Origin: Klebsormidium nitens
Lineage: Eukaryota > Plantae > Klebsormidiophyceae
Direction of reading: 5' to 3'
Assembly (NCBI GenBank): GCA_000708835.1
Contig: DF237397.1
Span: 10,262 to 74,261 of the forward strand
DNA length: 64,000 nucleotides
Below, one piece after another: positions 24,533 to 37,896 of this stretch (the stretch's first letter is position 1; each line of letters begins with the position of its first letter). A model generated the notes under the pieces. That model ran no database searches and had not been told where the DNA came from. It worked only from the letters and a program-made list of their open reading frames with translations. Both the position numbers and the translations under genes were made by a program.

Positions 24533-26258
24533 GATACATGCTACGTAGCATCGCCCTTCTTGCCAGGTACCTGGTAGTATTCTTCTTTGCGTTTAAGTTT
24601 CAAGCAGCTTGCATTCTCTTCTCATATTGCTGTGTACGCGGGGTCACCTTCATCCTGCATTCATTGGAAGGTCAATTGGAGCACGGTCAAGCAAATGCCA
24701 GCCTGCACAGTTCTATTTGCAGCAGCCAGCTCCGTCCAAGGATGCAACGAGCAGATAAATTGTCATATGCGTTCTTTTGGGTCTACTGAAAACTGTAACC
24801 TGATAAGAAACATCCGCCTGATGAAAAAGGGGCTGAAGAAGTGGCACAAGCAGCTTTGAGGTCGTTGTCTATTCACCAAGACTCAAGAGCTGGGTGATTG
24901 AAATTTTGATAACCGCTCATAGTTGCCGGCACGTTGGATATAGGCAGATAGTCAATCCGCTCTACAAACATACTAAGCGTAGAAAAGAGCCAGCATATCG
25001 AGTTTCTGCTCTCTGAGCTTTCTTTTCAATCACGACATCCTGCTGCAGCCGGCATGCCGTATTGCAATCTAAGAACAATCAAAAAGTTGCTTCAGCACAT
25101 CTGGAAGCTCTAATTTGGGCATAGACGACCGGGTTGAAGGTGAGCTATTAAATGCAACATTGCACCACCATATTGTTAGATTGCTTTTCTCTTTCTGCTC
25201 GCAAAAGCTTTTTGTCTTTTTGTTGTTTTCCTCCAGATTGAAGCTGATATGAGTCTGTACCCTGGAAAGAACCCAACTGTAAAACTTGAGCTTGCCCTTG
25301 GAACACTTTTTACCCAGGGCTTCGTGCTTCCGGACGACCCTTACCCCGCTCCTTGCTTGTATTTATTTCTCAAGGGTTTATCATGAGGCGGATCTCTGTG
25401 ATCAAGTTCAGCATGCTTTGTCTGAGGCCGCTCGAAGAACTTTATACAACAGAAAGGACTCGAAAGGGTTGGGATGCATTGCATAACGAGAGTATGAGCA
25501 AGGACGTCAACCTGAGTGATGGAATTTTCAGAGACTGGTAGTAGAGCCATATCTGGACAAAGCATACGCGTCTCACAACCAAAAGAATTGTATGCTTGTG
25601 GATCACTCCTCAGGCTGGATCGTCAATTGCATTCGAGACTGCCGGTTACAGAAACCTTGGTAGAGTCGATGAGCAGGGGGCTTATAGAAAAGATCGTGGC
25701 ATAGCTTGTGAATGCGCGTGCAGATGAAAAAGATGGATGGAAAGTAAGGAGGGTGGGTCAATCGTGGTGGGGTGAAGTGACACGAAGAGGGCAGCTCTGC
25801 GTAAGAGGAAACAGAGTGCCAAGGCTGAAAAACATGGCTGCTCCATTGTAATGTGGTCCCCTCAATCCACTGGCCTGTTGAGATAACTGGAAGCAATAAA
25901 CCAGCGGTCCAGATCTGCTTGTGAATCACGACCTGACACAATATATAATCTGGAATCATAATGATTGTGTACTAGCTCCCTCTTGTGATTCAACCAATGC
26001 AGCACTGCTTTCAGATTCAGATGGCAATTCGCTTCGCCTGAGTGTATACTTGCTTATGAAGGTTCACAAGCCAGCAGAAATTCATCGTCACGGCGTCCTA
26101 CCATACCCTCTTCTCCTCGTTCTGAGCTTCCCTTGATTATTAGCTTTTTTCAACCCAGAGAGAACAGCTCTACCCATGGAATACCTACGATTTTTCTGGC
26201 TGAAACCCCTTTCTACATCTTTCCAGGCCCTCATAAGCTCCACATAGCTCCATAAGCT

Positions 26259-29200
26259 ATGGCCGGGGTCAACCTGAATATAGTCACAGCGGAGCGTCCC
26301 CCTTTTGTGTTCAAAAGCAGTCGCACGGACGGAGGCGGAATCTGGTTTGGTTTCCTGGTCGAATTGCTACCGTTGCTGTTTCAATATGCCAACCTGAATG
26401 TGACGCTCAATTACTACGAGTCCCCGACAAACGAGGGTGGAAGCCTACTGCCAAATGGAACGTGGTCTGGTGAGCTTGTTGGCCTTTGCTCTTCAAGTGA
26501 TTCAGGGGCTTTTGGGTTCCCAAGTTAGTGGCGTTTATTAACAGGAAATAGAAATGGACAGATCTGGAGGGTTAGGAACCTCGGTCAGGAGCTGCGCAGC
26601 AATTGCGTTGGGGTTTCTTGAAGTTACTGGGAACGTTGTTTCAGACTGGTTCGGGTTTGGGTTGAGCTGAAGGTGGTAGTTATGAAGGAGCTGCTTTCCT
26701 GAAAGCAGGTTAAGGTGGCGGTCAAGCACAGTCAGAAGTGTTAACTTGAGAGTTATTAGGGTGTGGGTTGGGGATACTTAGGGAGGGCTGAAAAGCGGTT
26801 AAAAAAGGTCGGATACGGCGGGTTTCAAAGTATCCACCTTAGACCTACAGGCATCAGCTTAAATGTTTGTGGAAGGACGGCACCATCAAATTCTGTATGA
26901 ATAAAGTCACACAAACTGGAATCCGCTTCCAGCCGGTTTTAGGGTTTTACGGATTTCGCATTCGCAGGCACGTCCAAAACGCCCCGTCAGCCTAAACAGA
27001 CCCAAACGTCCAACACATCATTTCTGCTTAAAGGCGGTGTGCCATGCCAAAGACTACTCCGTGTGGCTTGATTATGTTGACACTACTAAAGAAATTTTCT
27101 GAAAAATCTTTGCATTGCAGGAGTGACCGGGGAACTGGTTTACGGGCGGGCCGACATAGCGACTTTCCCTTTGGTCCAAGCCCCCTGGCGGTGTGCCAGT
27201 CCACAGACTATTTCGTGTGGCCTGAAATTTTTGACACCAAGAAACGAATCAATTATCCTGCCTTGCAGGAGTGACCGGGGAACTGGTTTACGGGCGGGCC
27301 GACATTGCGGCTTTCCCCTTGTTCCTAACACCAGGGCGTACCGCAGTGATCGATCTCACATACTCGTACTATGAGTCGGGTCTCGGAGTGCTCGTCCAAA
27401 AAGAGGTTAGTCCCTTAAAGAGGACACTTCAAATATGGTTATCTCTCGTTTCGGGTCTCGGGGTGCTCGTGCCGAAGGAGGTTAGTCGCTCAAACTGAGG
27501 GTTAACCGCTTTAAGAGTGGCGCATCGCAGGCCGGTTATCTCACGTATTCTTTCTACGAGTCAAGTCTCGGAATACTCGTTCGAAAAGAGGTTAGTCGCC
27601 CAGACCTAGGGTTAGTCGCTTGATGAGGGCGCGTCAAAGGTCGTACTCCTACTACAAGTCGGGTCTCGGAGTACTCACTCAAGAAGAGGTTAGGCGCTCA
27701 AATCAAGGGTTGATGGTTTAACGAAGGCGCATTACAGTGCGGTTACTCTCACATCCTTTCACTACGAGTTGGGTCTTGGGGTGCTCGTGCAAAAAGAGGT
27801 TAGTTTCTCAAGGAAAACACGTTACATACGACCATCTCACGTCCGCCCACTAAGAGTCAGGTCTTTGGAGGCTCGTCCAAAAAGAGGTTAGTCGCTCAAA
27901 CAGAGGTTTAGTGGCTTCAAGAGGGCTGGTCACAGGGTCCGTCGAAAAAGTGGGTACCGTCGAGGTGAACGGTCACGAGTCCTAGCAGCGTTTCTGCTCG
28001 GGGAGGAATCTCATCTATCTCCGTCTTCTGGGGACATAAAGCAGAAATGCTTGCTGTGCACTCGCCTTTCTTCAGCTTCTGATTTCCTGGTCTCAAGATA
28101 GTCAGGGCCTCTTTGGAAGCCTACCTTTTCGAGGCGCTGCATCAGGGATTGCGCCAACGTTCAGTTTCAGATTGTCAAACGTCGCAATTCTTATTCTTTT
28201 CCCTTAGCGTCCACGTTGTAACTTGCGAACGCCTTTGGCACGTGAGTTCCTTTTAAAGCCCTGCTGCGCTGGACACATCGGAGTGACTCCTGCAATTTGA
28301 GACCTGTGAACCTCAATCCTCTGATGCGCTGAGAATTGAAACCTCCAATCCCAAACCATAAACCCTTAGCCGTTTTCTGGACCATGTGCCGACCGTTTAA
28401 CTCGTCATTCGCAAGCAACCCTGGTACGGACCTTTTCCTTATGCTCTCCGTTTCAAAACCTTGTATAAGTTTGGGCCTTTAAGAAACGAGAGGCCGGCGA
28501 AACCTCGAGTTCTAAAGTTCAGGATTTAAACCTTTGCCCGAACAGATTGCAGGCACCCCCGGTACGGACCTCTTTCTAAAACCCTTCACTCCCGCGCTCT
28601 GGTTGGCTCTCATTGCGACGGTCCTCGGAATGGCCATCGTCTATCACCTACTCTCGTGGGCTTCGCCTTTGGGCGAGTTTGAAGTCGTTAAAGTGCGCAA
28701 TGTGTCTACGAACTCCCCCGTCGAAGAGTTCTCCATTAACTCAGGTGAGCCACACGGTCTTAGCAATAAAGTGCAGTTCTTGTCCCCCAAGTTCGACAGA
28801 ATTTTTTCGTGTAGTCTAAACGTTTACTGCTGTCCGTAGGGGCCAAAAGTCAAGGAGCGCACTGCAGTCGATGGACCGTTTGACGGTCGAAACTTTCGAG
28901 CGATGTTTAGGTTTTGCATGGTAGAGAACGTTCCCATTCTAGGGGCGTCAGAATGAGTGTCGCCCTTGAGGGGGGGTGAAGGTTTGAGGGTCAATATGAG
29001 TTTTCCTTGTGGCTAGACTCTGATCACGTCTCTCTTGAAGTTTGTCTGACAGCTGTAGTGGTTTGGTGAGCTTTTGATGATGGTCTGACACACGAGACAA
29101 ATCCCATGTCAATCGTTTGATGCCGAAACGAAATTTTCAATGCGAGCTTCGTCGTACTATGACGAGTATGTCGTCCACTTCATTTTTATCGAAGCTAGTC

Positions 29201-32200
29201 CTTCCTGAACTTGCTCGCTTTTTTGGCGCAGAGAACGAGTCGTTTCTGCTGGACGCGCTTCTGGTGAGCCGCACAATAGTTGCTCCTTCCCTCTTTCGAG
29301 CTACGCTCCCTCCGAAAAATCAGAACTTGGAATCAATCACAATTGAAACGGGTGATTGTCTTGGGACTACATTCTAGCTTGCGGAAACGACTTTTCGTGG
29401 CTCTTCAAGCTGGTGTATCCTAGTTTCGTTTTGTGAGTTTGCATTCTCCTGTGCATGAATCAGATGCTCATCACTAGCAAGACTCTGCTACATTCAGGGA
29501 CAATCAAAATCAGGTATTGAGAATTGGTTCCCCGGTACTATGGGTGCGTGCTCGAGTTTCTGCTTCAGGACATTCAGCAGCTCTCAGTATTCCTCTCTGG
29601 TTGTGTGACTTCACTTGTCGTCTAGGCTGACGTAGGAGCCCTGTTTCCTGACGCAGGCGGCCATGACCATCTGCGCGACTCCACGTGGCAAGAGCTGGTC
29701 CATCCGCATCCCCAGCATAGCGTATTACTTCTTCACCATGATCATCGTGGCTTCGTATACGGTATGCCCACTCGCCCGCATATTCTTTCCAACTTCAGAT
29801 TGTTAAGGAGCAAAGACTACTATAGGAAGTGACGACTTGGTAGTAGACCGAGTTGGGTCGGAGGTACTGTGATGCTTGTAAGGTGCTCGTACCAAGCTGA
29901 TTCTAGCTCTTGATATATATCTCTGAAGAAATTTCCGAGTCAAGCAACCAATCACTCTCGGGTGCCGCTGAATATGCATGCATTGCGTTCCCTCAAGTGT
30001 TCTTATCTCTCACACCTACATCCGCACCCGGCGTTTGATGGTACGTTGCATCTCATTTCTAACGGCTAGGAGATGTCGAGTAGCTAGAGGTTGCACATCG
30101 TTTTCTCATCCCTTCAAATTTTAACCGTCAATTTATCGCCTTTCCTGACAGACAAACCTGCCTCTTTTCAATGTACTAGTCTCTGAAATAGAGCATCAGG
30201 ATGGAAAGCCAGGCCCATTTTCACACTACTATAACTTCGTCTCCGGTCTGCCTTTTGAACCCCTCTTTTAACCCGTATCTTTCACGAGCGAACTTAGCCA
30301 CTTACTGTATTGTCCAACGTCCCTTGATCTTTTCGAACAAAGTCGGAAGGCAGCTAGACCCACCTTCTGTTTCTGGTTAGCCTTAACCCCGTCCTTAGCC
30401 CGTCTCTTCACAGGCCGACTGTTCCGATTTGCCTTGACCCCGTTCTTAACCCGTCCCTTCGCCGGCGGGCTTCACGTCATACTCAAGGGTGCAATCGTCA
30501 AGTACCCTGTTAACTGGTTGAAGAGCTAAGACCCACTGGCACCTTTGGTTTGCCTTAACTTCGTTCTTAACCGGTCTCTCGCGCAGGCCAATTTCGCGTC
30601 CTATCTAACCGTCCAATCCTTCAAGTACCCGGTTAACAGTATCGAAGAGCTGGCCGCGCGCAATAAGCTGAATTACGTCATCAGCGGCGGGGGGGCGACC
30701 GAAAGCTACTTTCAAAACAGCGTCGATCCCACCATTCGTGCACTGCGGTCACGGTTACGGGTGAGAATCATTAATTGCAGGGGTTAAGCTTTGGTTAGGC
30801 GAAATATACGCGGGATCGACTTCTTACAGCGAGTATGCTCCAAATGGTATACAAGGGTGAAAGTCATTTGTGACAGGGACTACGTTTTGATTAATGTTTT
30901 ACGATTGAGACTTCAGTCTCAGAAATCTTAAAGGCTCTGTAAATGCATCCGCTGAGACGCACCAGTGTTGCTAGGTGCCCTACTCCGCAGCTTCCCTTTT
31001 TGCGCTCTCCCACACAGCGTCGATCTAGCAATTCTCACGCAATTCGGATACATTGTTTGCGGCCGAGACCGAATGTGGAGTCATTCAGGTGGCATGCCTC
31101 CGTCCTGTGAAGACAGTCTCTAAACTGCAAGTTTGTTCACGTTGTAAGGGAGATTCGTCAGGGAAATCAGGGTCAGAGAGGGCGTTTCGTGAGGAAGTGT
31201 ATGAGCACGCTGCCAAACGAGAGTGCTTTTTGCGCAATCATACCTCAATATGACACTCGCCGTGTTGCGCTTTCCCTGGGCATAGCGGGCTGCTTTTCCA
31301 TCGCATCGTGGGAATCAAGTCTGCTGGTACTGCACACGTGTTATCTGCTGCGCAGAATGAAGAGAAGTTGCTCTTTAACGTCATTGATGAACTGTGCGCC
31401 TTCTGGTTGTGCAATCTGTGCTTTGCCTCCACAACAGCAGATTTTCCAGATTTTCCTGTGTTGCCGTCCGGTTGAATTCGCACCAACGAGCATGATAACA
31501 GAGACAATGTTGCAGGAGAGGCGCGTCACTTGACTCGAAATCTCGAAAGACGCACTCCCCCTTGGCTCAATTACCCCAATTGCGTAAGTCTTTCTCAACT
31601 GCAGACGGTCATTGGGAACATCGACGGCGTTCAGGCAGTGCGCGACGGAAAGTACACCGCTTATCTCGCAGAGACGCCGACCCTTCAATACTTCTCGGGA
31701 CAGGATCCGTGCGATTTGCAGGTTAGTGACCGGTTTAACAAATTCCGCGGGGACCCATCTACTCAGGAAGGGTTTTGGCTGCTAACCAGGTCTGGTCGTT
31801 GGGCATTAGGCTAACTTCCAGCCGATAATCGGCGGTGATGCACCGCCATGTGACGTATGCGCTTAGGGCAGCTTCCGGACGCTAGGGGGCGCTGCCGGAC
31901 CGTACTAAATATTGAGGGCGTTTGGGAAAACGGTTCTTCTCGCGCGCTTTCTCGTTTACGGCGCTGGAATCAAAACACAGGCAAGTGTTCGGAAGAATGG
32001 TTCGTACACGCAAGCTCCACACCCTCATCCAATAGAAGCTTAGATCCGCAAACGGAATGTATACCACTTCGGACGCTCCCCAGGTGGTGGGCGCGCCATT
32101 CGGACCGTCCTTTTACACTCTGGTGTCCGAAAGAACGGTCCGTTCAAGCGAGCTCCTAAAAATACTCTAGTCCTCAAGTCCCGAAACCAGAAACCTTTGA

Positions 32201-34650
32201 CCCGAAAGTCCGAACCTTGAAACCTCAAACATCACTTTCGGACGCTATTTAGAAGGTTGGTACGCCGTTCGGCCCGTCCGTCCCGTCCGTTGACACCCCA
32301 AGGTTCCGAAAGAACCACCTTCACATAACTATTTGCATCAGATTCCGTTTATTCTTAGGATTTGAGGATCAAGTCACTATCTCTCAATGAATCCTTCGCT
32401 AAGAGATCGAAAACCGTAAGAGCGGATTCTTGTCTCGGACTTTTGCAGGTGGTCGGTGCGCCCTTCGACTCGTTCCTTTCAGATTTGTGACATTCGAAAG
32501 AACGATCCGTACAAGTCAACTCTCAACCAATCCATTACCCTAAGATCTGAAGGCCCTAGAAGCCAAAACCCAATTTCGGACGCTTCCTAGGTGGTCGGCA
32601 CGCCTTTCGGACCGTCCCTGTCACTTTGGGCGTCCAAAAGAGTGGTCTGGACACGCAATGTCTTAACCCCAAACCTTAACCCTAGATTGTAAAGACTCTA
32701 GAATCCACTTTTGGACGGTTCAGGTGGTCGGCGTGCCGTTCGGACCGTCCGTTTACACCTTGGACGGTCCGCATATGCAAGCTGTCTACCCTAAATCGTC
32801 AAAATGCCCTTACAATTTAGTTTGGAAATACCAAAACCCTTCAAACATTTGAACCCCAAAACTTATAGCCCCGCTTTCGGACGCTTCCCAGGTGGTCGGC
32901 TCGCCCTTTGGACCGTCCGTGTACACCTTGGGCTTCCGCAAGAATGGTCCGTACACGCGCGCGATCAACCGGGCGATGCTGCAGCTGAAGCAGAATGGGC
33001 TGTTGGACGAGCTTAGAAAGAAGTGGGTCGACGACCAGAACGTGTGCTCAGCGGAAAACTCGGTAGGCTTCCCTCCCCTTGTATTTGTCTAACGATCTTC
33101 GTATTTCTCCTTGAGCTCGTGATTACAGTCATAAGAAAGACTTTGGTCGACGACCGAAACGCGTGCACAGCGGAAAACCCGGTAAGTTTGCTCCCAATCT
33201 AAACTCATTGTGGTCATTCACAGCACTTCAGACTTTCTTTCCCGACTCTTTCGATGGCCCCGAACGTGTGCATAATGAAAAGCTCGGCAGGTGTCCCTCC
33301 CTGGTCTTGGCTTGATTTGTCTCTTTGTGATCGTCACTTTCGTGAAACTCGTCTGATCCCATTTTTCAGAAGCAGTGGCTCGATGACCACAGACCTGTTT
33401 GCTGCGAAATCTCGATGGGCTTCCCGCCACTAGTTTCGACGTCTCGTGGCCCCTCGCTGTCGTCGTTTTTGTCCAACTCTCTGTCTGACCGTGTCACAAG
33501 AATAAGATGCACTTCTAATCAAAAGCGTGTACTGCGGATATACTGGTAACTTTCCTCTCATATGCATGTCATTGTGTTCTCTTCGTGCTTGGCCTTCACA
33601 TTCAAAGAACGAAGTGCTTCTGATTCTTTTCCTCGGAATGAGTTGGTTGACGGCCAAGATGTGTGCAGCTAAGGACTCGTTGGGCTATTCTATCTCCTTG
33701 TTTGCAATTCCGAACTCTGATGTTTCCTTCCGTCTGCGGGCCTCCGATCTTTGATTGTGGGTGATACGCCGGAACTCCCTGCTCAAAACCCGGGTTCGAC
33801 TTCTGAAGCCCGTCGCTTACAGCGCGTGACGTCATGGAACAAAGGCATATGCTTCTTTCTGGACTGTTCAAAACTTCTATTCGAACAGATGACTAATACA
33901 CAACGAGAACATTCCTGATGCACCAAGGGACGTTTCGCAATTTCGCAATCGGGTCAATTCAGCATCACGGCGCATTGAACGTTTGGCAATTGTCAACGGA
34001 AGCGGAACGGACACGGAGACGGACACAATCGAAGAGGCACCGTGAATCCTTATATACGCAAGTCGCTAGCTTAACAGAACTCTCTGCTGACGTCACTTCT
34101 TGAGCGATGAGGTTCCTGGTTTTGGAGACACATCGTCCCCTTGGAGACTAACTCACTTACGCCCTGTTTAAAACAGAATTTTGGAACGCTTGTATCGTGC
34201 ATATTGAATCCCCATTCCCTTTTGCAGTTAACGAACACCTCGTTGCGCGTCAAAGACTTCAGCGGGCTATGGTACCTCCTCGTCGGCGTGCTCGCTTTTG
34301 GCTTCGTATGGGCGATCGGCGAACGGATTCTGGTGAAGACTCTTGCCGCCAACCCCGCTCTCCGAGAAAGGTTCATCCGTACGACCCACAACGTAAGTAG
34401 GGCGGGAAAGCGGCTCGACCTCTTTTCCCGGATGTCGTCGAGGCAATCGGGGGGATCCCCCGAGGACACCGCGGTTACCGAAAACCAGGCCTTCGAACCC
34501 GGGAAGGAGGGGGCCCGGCTTGAGAAAAGCGGGTCCGAGAGGAACCGGGCGTTTGACGTGTTTGACGTGCCGGAAATTGACGAGGAGTCGGGGAACGGAG
34601 TTGATAAGCAGGAGTTTGACCCGAACAAGGAAGGGTTGGTGTTGCTTTAG
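26259..34650 (+). CDS. GLR: Ionotropic glutamate receptor-like channel, copy 1 (S1-M1-pore-M3-S2-M4-CTD, no amino-terminal domain), about 522 aa, 9 coding exons
   Basis: Phase-consistent exons 26259-26469 (NIVTAERPPFV...GFLVELL...NGTWSG), 27269-27405 (GELVYGRADIAAFPLFLTPGR..VIDLTYSY), 28546-28744 (FLKPFTPALW + M1), 29232-29263, 29657-29761 (PRGKSWSIR...IIVASYT), 30587-30760 (ANFASYLTV...GGATESYF), 31605-31721 (AYLAETPTLQY...DPCDLQ), 32892-33062 (VVGSPF...INRAMLQLKQNGLLDELRKKW...C), 34228-34650 (LRVKDFSGLWYLL, M4). Total 1569 nt. Confidence 0.92.
27035..27268 (+). repeat. Tandem duplicate (about 148-bp unit) of the acceptor and 5' half of GLR copy 1 exon 2
   Basis: ttgcag|GAGTGACCGGGGAACTGGTTTACGGGCGGGCCGACAT starts at both 27121 and 27269. 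The preceding intronic motif GGCGGTGTGCCA...GACTA..CGTGTGGC is also duplicated. Confidence 0.9.
27440..27900 (+). repeat. Five decayed copies of the 3' end and donor of GLR copy 1 exon 2
   Basis: GAGTCGGGTCTCGGAGTGCTCGTCCAAAAAGAG|GTTAGT (true donor after 27405) is echoed with copies ending near 27480, 27590, 27688, 27798 and 27886, spaced about 90-110 bp apart. Confidence 0.9.
31850..32890 (+). repeat. About 6 decayed copies of the acceptor and 5' part of GLR copy 1 exon 8
   Basis: TTTCGGACGCTTCCCAG|GTGGTCGGCTCGCCCTTTGGACCGTCC...CCGCAAGAATGGTCCGTACACG (true acceptor before 32892) is echoed near 31875, 32070, 32238, 32437, 32576 and 32711. Confidence 0.88.
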
Positions 34651-37600
34651 AGACTCTAGTGTCTGGAATCCCGTTTCAGCGCTGCATTTGATACTTTGAC
34701 AGGTTAGTAAGTTTATAAATCTTTGCACCTTGCTGGAAAGCCAGCCCGCGAAATCTCAGCAGGACAGTTCGCGACTCCGCCAATCTTGGCCCCGAAACGA
34801 CGTGACGAAAGCTTCTAAAACAACTCTTAAGTAACTAGTAGTTGTTGGTGAAGGTTTAGCAAGAAATAATTAGCATACATATCTTGCCGCGGCTGTGGTC
34901 CTAACCTTCCAGATTTAAGGTAGAACGTGGACTCCATCATTAGAGCAGGCAAGGAACTGTCGCAATCAGCTCAAAATTAGCGTAAAGTTTGGGGAAAGCG
35001 CTTCCAAGCACGATCCCAGTAGATACAAGATTTTTGAACCCATTAATTACTGATTCAAAAACAAGCCATTGATGTAACAATATGGATGATGCAAAAGATC
35101 TTACCAGAGACTTGCGACGGACTACGGTGATCGACTTCATTTGTAAAAAAGACTCTAATTACGAGCTTAAGAATACTTATGAAAGCTACGCAAGTCAATG
35201 GATATACAACTGAGTTGTATATCCATTCAGAATTAGTCGTCTTTAGGACACCCTCTGGTCTACATAAGTCTAGCTTGCAGATAACATTTCAATTCGAAGT
35301 TTAGAACAATCTGTACGGTACATGCATGCAGAGCAGGTCGCGCTTTCAATGCGATACTAACCTGCAGTCGATCGACGCCCTGACCAGATAATTAGCCAAG
35401 ATTTCTAAGACGTACATCTTTGAAGCGTCCATCATATCAAAATCTGGCAAGATGTTGGACTCAACCACTGTCACTATCAGGCTTGGAACGTACGGATGCT
35501 CACAGTTTTCTGCAGACCGTCCGTTCGAATCTTTCATTGCAAAGCCGCGCATGGCCCATGCCGGTCGGACGTTTCATTGAGCAGCTCAACAAAGAATGTG
35601 GACAGTGGCGGCTGGCCTGTAATTAAAGAAGTGGGCGTGCACGGCTGCCGGTAGGTAAGATCGCCAATCATTGACGGTACTTAATAAACGGCCGGTGACG
35701 TCGCGCTGCCGCTCCAATAAGAGGGTTCGACGTATGGGCAACCCCACAAATTCTGGAGATTTTATCGGATCTACACGTCAGGCCCAGCCGTCCACCGGGC
35801 TAGATTTGTAAGAGCTGTTTGCTGCTTATAAAGTCTCCAAAATAGGAGCCGGGGCAAGCCCCCGGGTGCGCGTACCAGCCAGGCTGATGCATTACCGGTG
35901 CCACGTGGTGGCACAATTGATATCTTCGTTACTACCGGTATGATCTTTGAGTTGCCCGGGTACTTTATCAACCAAAGGAGATAACTCAGAAAAAATACCT
36001 ACTCGGTGACAAGTCAACTTGTGCCGCCCCCAAGCGCACCCTAACCCACTGAACAGTCGGCTAACCCCACACATCTTCCGGGCGGCTATCTAGGTCGATC
36101 ACAGCATCACACTACAAAGTGCACAGCAGATGTTGTTAGGGGCCTCGGCTAGGAAATCAACCTGCAATGATGATCAGAATCGCAGGATGGTGTCCACTCC
36201 CTCTGAATCTGAGACTCTGAGTCTCAGTCCACTCCTCCAGAGTTCTCATGATAAAGCCAATACTGACAGATCTGACATGTGCGGCTTCCTGCCAAAGCTT
36301 GGGTCCTCCACGTCTAGCAGCATTGTGAATTTTGTGATAGGAGTCAACAACCAGGCATCAGCTTATCGGGAGCTGCTGCTAGTTTTCAGACACAAGTGGA
36401 CGCAAGCGACGCACCAAGAGTGCAGAAGGGCTGAGACGAAGGGGTCGGAGCTAATGATAGCACAGGTCAGGAGCATTAATATAGATTGCTAATCACAGCG
36501 TGTGAAAACCTAGTTTTGATCAGTGTGAGCTTTGTGCGGATTTTGCTCAGTGGTCAGCTAGCTGCTTGCTTCTCTGCAGCTGAAGAAAGCAGGACATGCG
36601 CATCGAAGCCTGAAGATCGAGGAAGAGAGGGCAAGCATCAAAAGAAGGGAGACTGCAGATGTTAGCCGCGGAAGCTGTGAGCAGCGCAGAGAAACCCTGC
36701 GATTCTTCCGTTTACAGCTGCAGTTTGTGTAGGTCAACAAACGTACCTGGTTCTAGACTCTATTAGCGGTTGTCAGAGAGTTCATAAGCTATTCTGGAAG
36801 ATTTGTGAGCTTTGCTTAGGTTCACAAACCCCACCACCCCTCTGTCGTCCTCAAAAGCCGGGCACATTTTCTTCTGCTCAACCAACTTTTTTCCAAGGCG
36901 TTCTTTCAATGTCATTTGTATCAACGACACCTCGAGAACATTGGTCAAGCTGCTACAGGTCAAGAATGTGAAAAGAGATGCCAAGTGAAGTCTAGTTCCT
37001 AGTGAATAATTCAACAGGTAAGTTGTGACGATTCAACGGTGCGTTTTGCAATTCTTGTGCAAGAATATGATGCTTGTTTAAGGATTGCTAAAGTGTGCAT
37101 CTAATCTTTGCAAGTGCCGTTTAGTTGACCAAACCAGAATCATAGTCATAATCAGTCTGGCTTCGGTTATGGCTCACGCAGTGGACTTGAAGATGTGTGG
37201 GCCCTGCATGCTTTTATCGACCTCATTCAAGAGCCTCTGGTCAAAAGGATGATTGGACAGCTTCCTGCAACACGATCTTTAAACCGTTCTTGAGCGGCCT
37301 TCCGCAAATGAGAATCTGGGATCAATGGCAGACATCAGAGCTCAACGGGTCTTAGCAACGTGTCAATCACAGCAATTATTTGCTCAAAGCAAGAATAAGT
37401 CAGATAGTATCCTGTATAAGTTAGATAGTATCCTCTACAATACAGGGAAGCAAGTTGGCGGCGCCACTAGGCTGACACTCCAACCCTGATCTACGATTGG
37501 CTTGCAATTGTAATTTGTCAGTGCCAATCTGACTGAGGCCCAATTGGCTCACAAGTTCTTCTGGCCACCTGCTGTATTGCAATCAAACCAAATGACCCAA

Positions 37601-37896
37601 GTTAGCAGCCCCAAACAACACCAATAATGCGTAGCCCAAATCCAGCCAACATTTCAGCTGAGGCGTCTAAGCCACTCAATCAGGAGTTCTAAATTATTTC
37701 TTGCAAGGTTTGCTGCTGAAATATCAAAACCTTTTGGCAGCCCCAAATTCTGTCATCCTTGTTGCTAACTTAGCCAACCTAACCCGAATTGACAATTCAA
37801 AACCTTTGCTGAAGTTCGAATCAAGGCACCCTAAACATCATCTGAACATCCGCAGGCACAAACTAACCCATTGTGGCAGCCCCAAGTACCACGCTT

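Noticed and set aside
24538-24789. Hydrophobic ORF MLRSIALLARYLVVFFF as the missing GLR signal peptide
   Set aside because: I found no splice path joining it in frame to ATG 26259, because an in-frame TAA directly precedes that ATG. It is not fully excluded without cDNA.
26560-26790. Interstitial telomeric repeats (GGGTT/TTAGGG-like words, also near 32660 and 41210)
   Set aside because: Only scattered single words are present, with no tandem array.
27121-27405. Mutually exclusive alternative exon 2 in GLR copy 1
   Set aside because: The copy covers only the 5' half of the exon. Its nearest GT gives the wrong phase, and reading through to the real donor shifts the frame.
35603-35797. hAT-like MITE starting CAGTGGCGGCTGGCCTG
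   Set aside because: The right-hand inverted copy is gapped and imperfect, and there is no 8-bp TSD.
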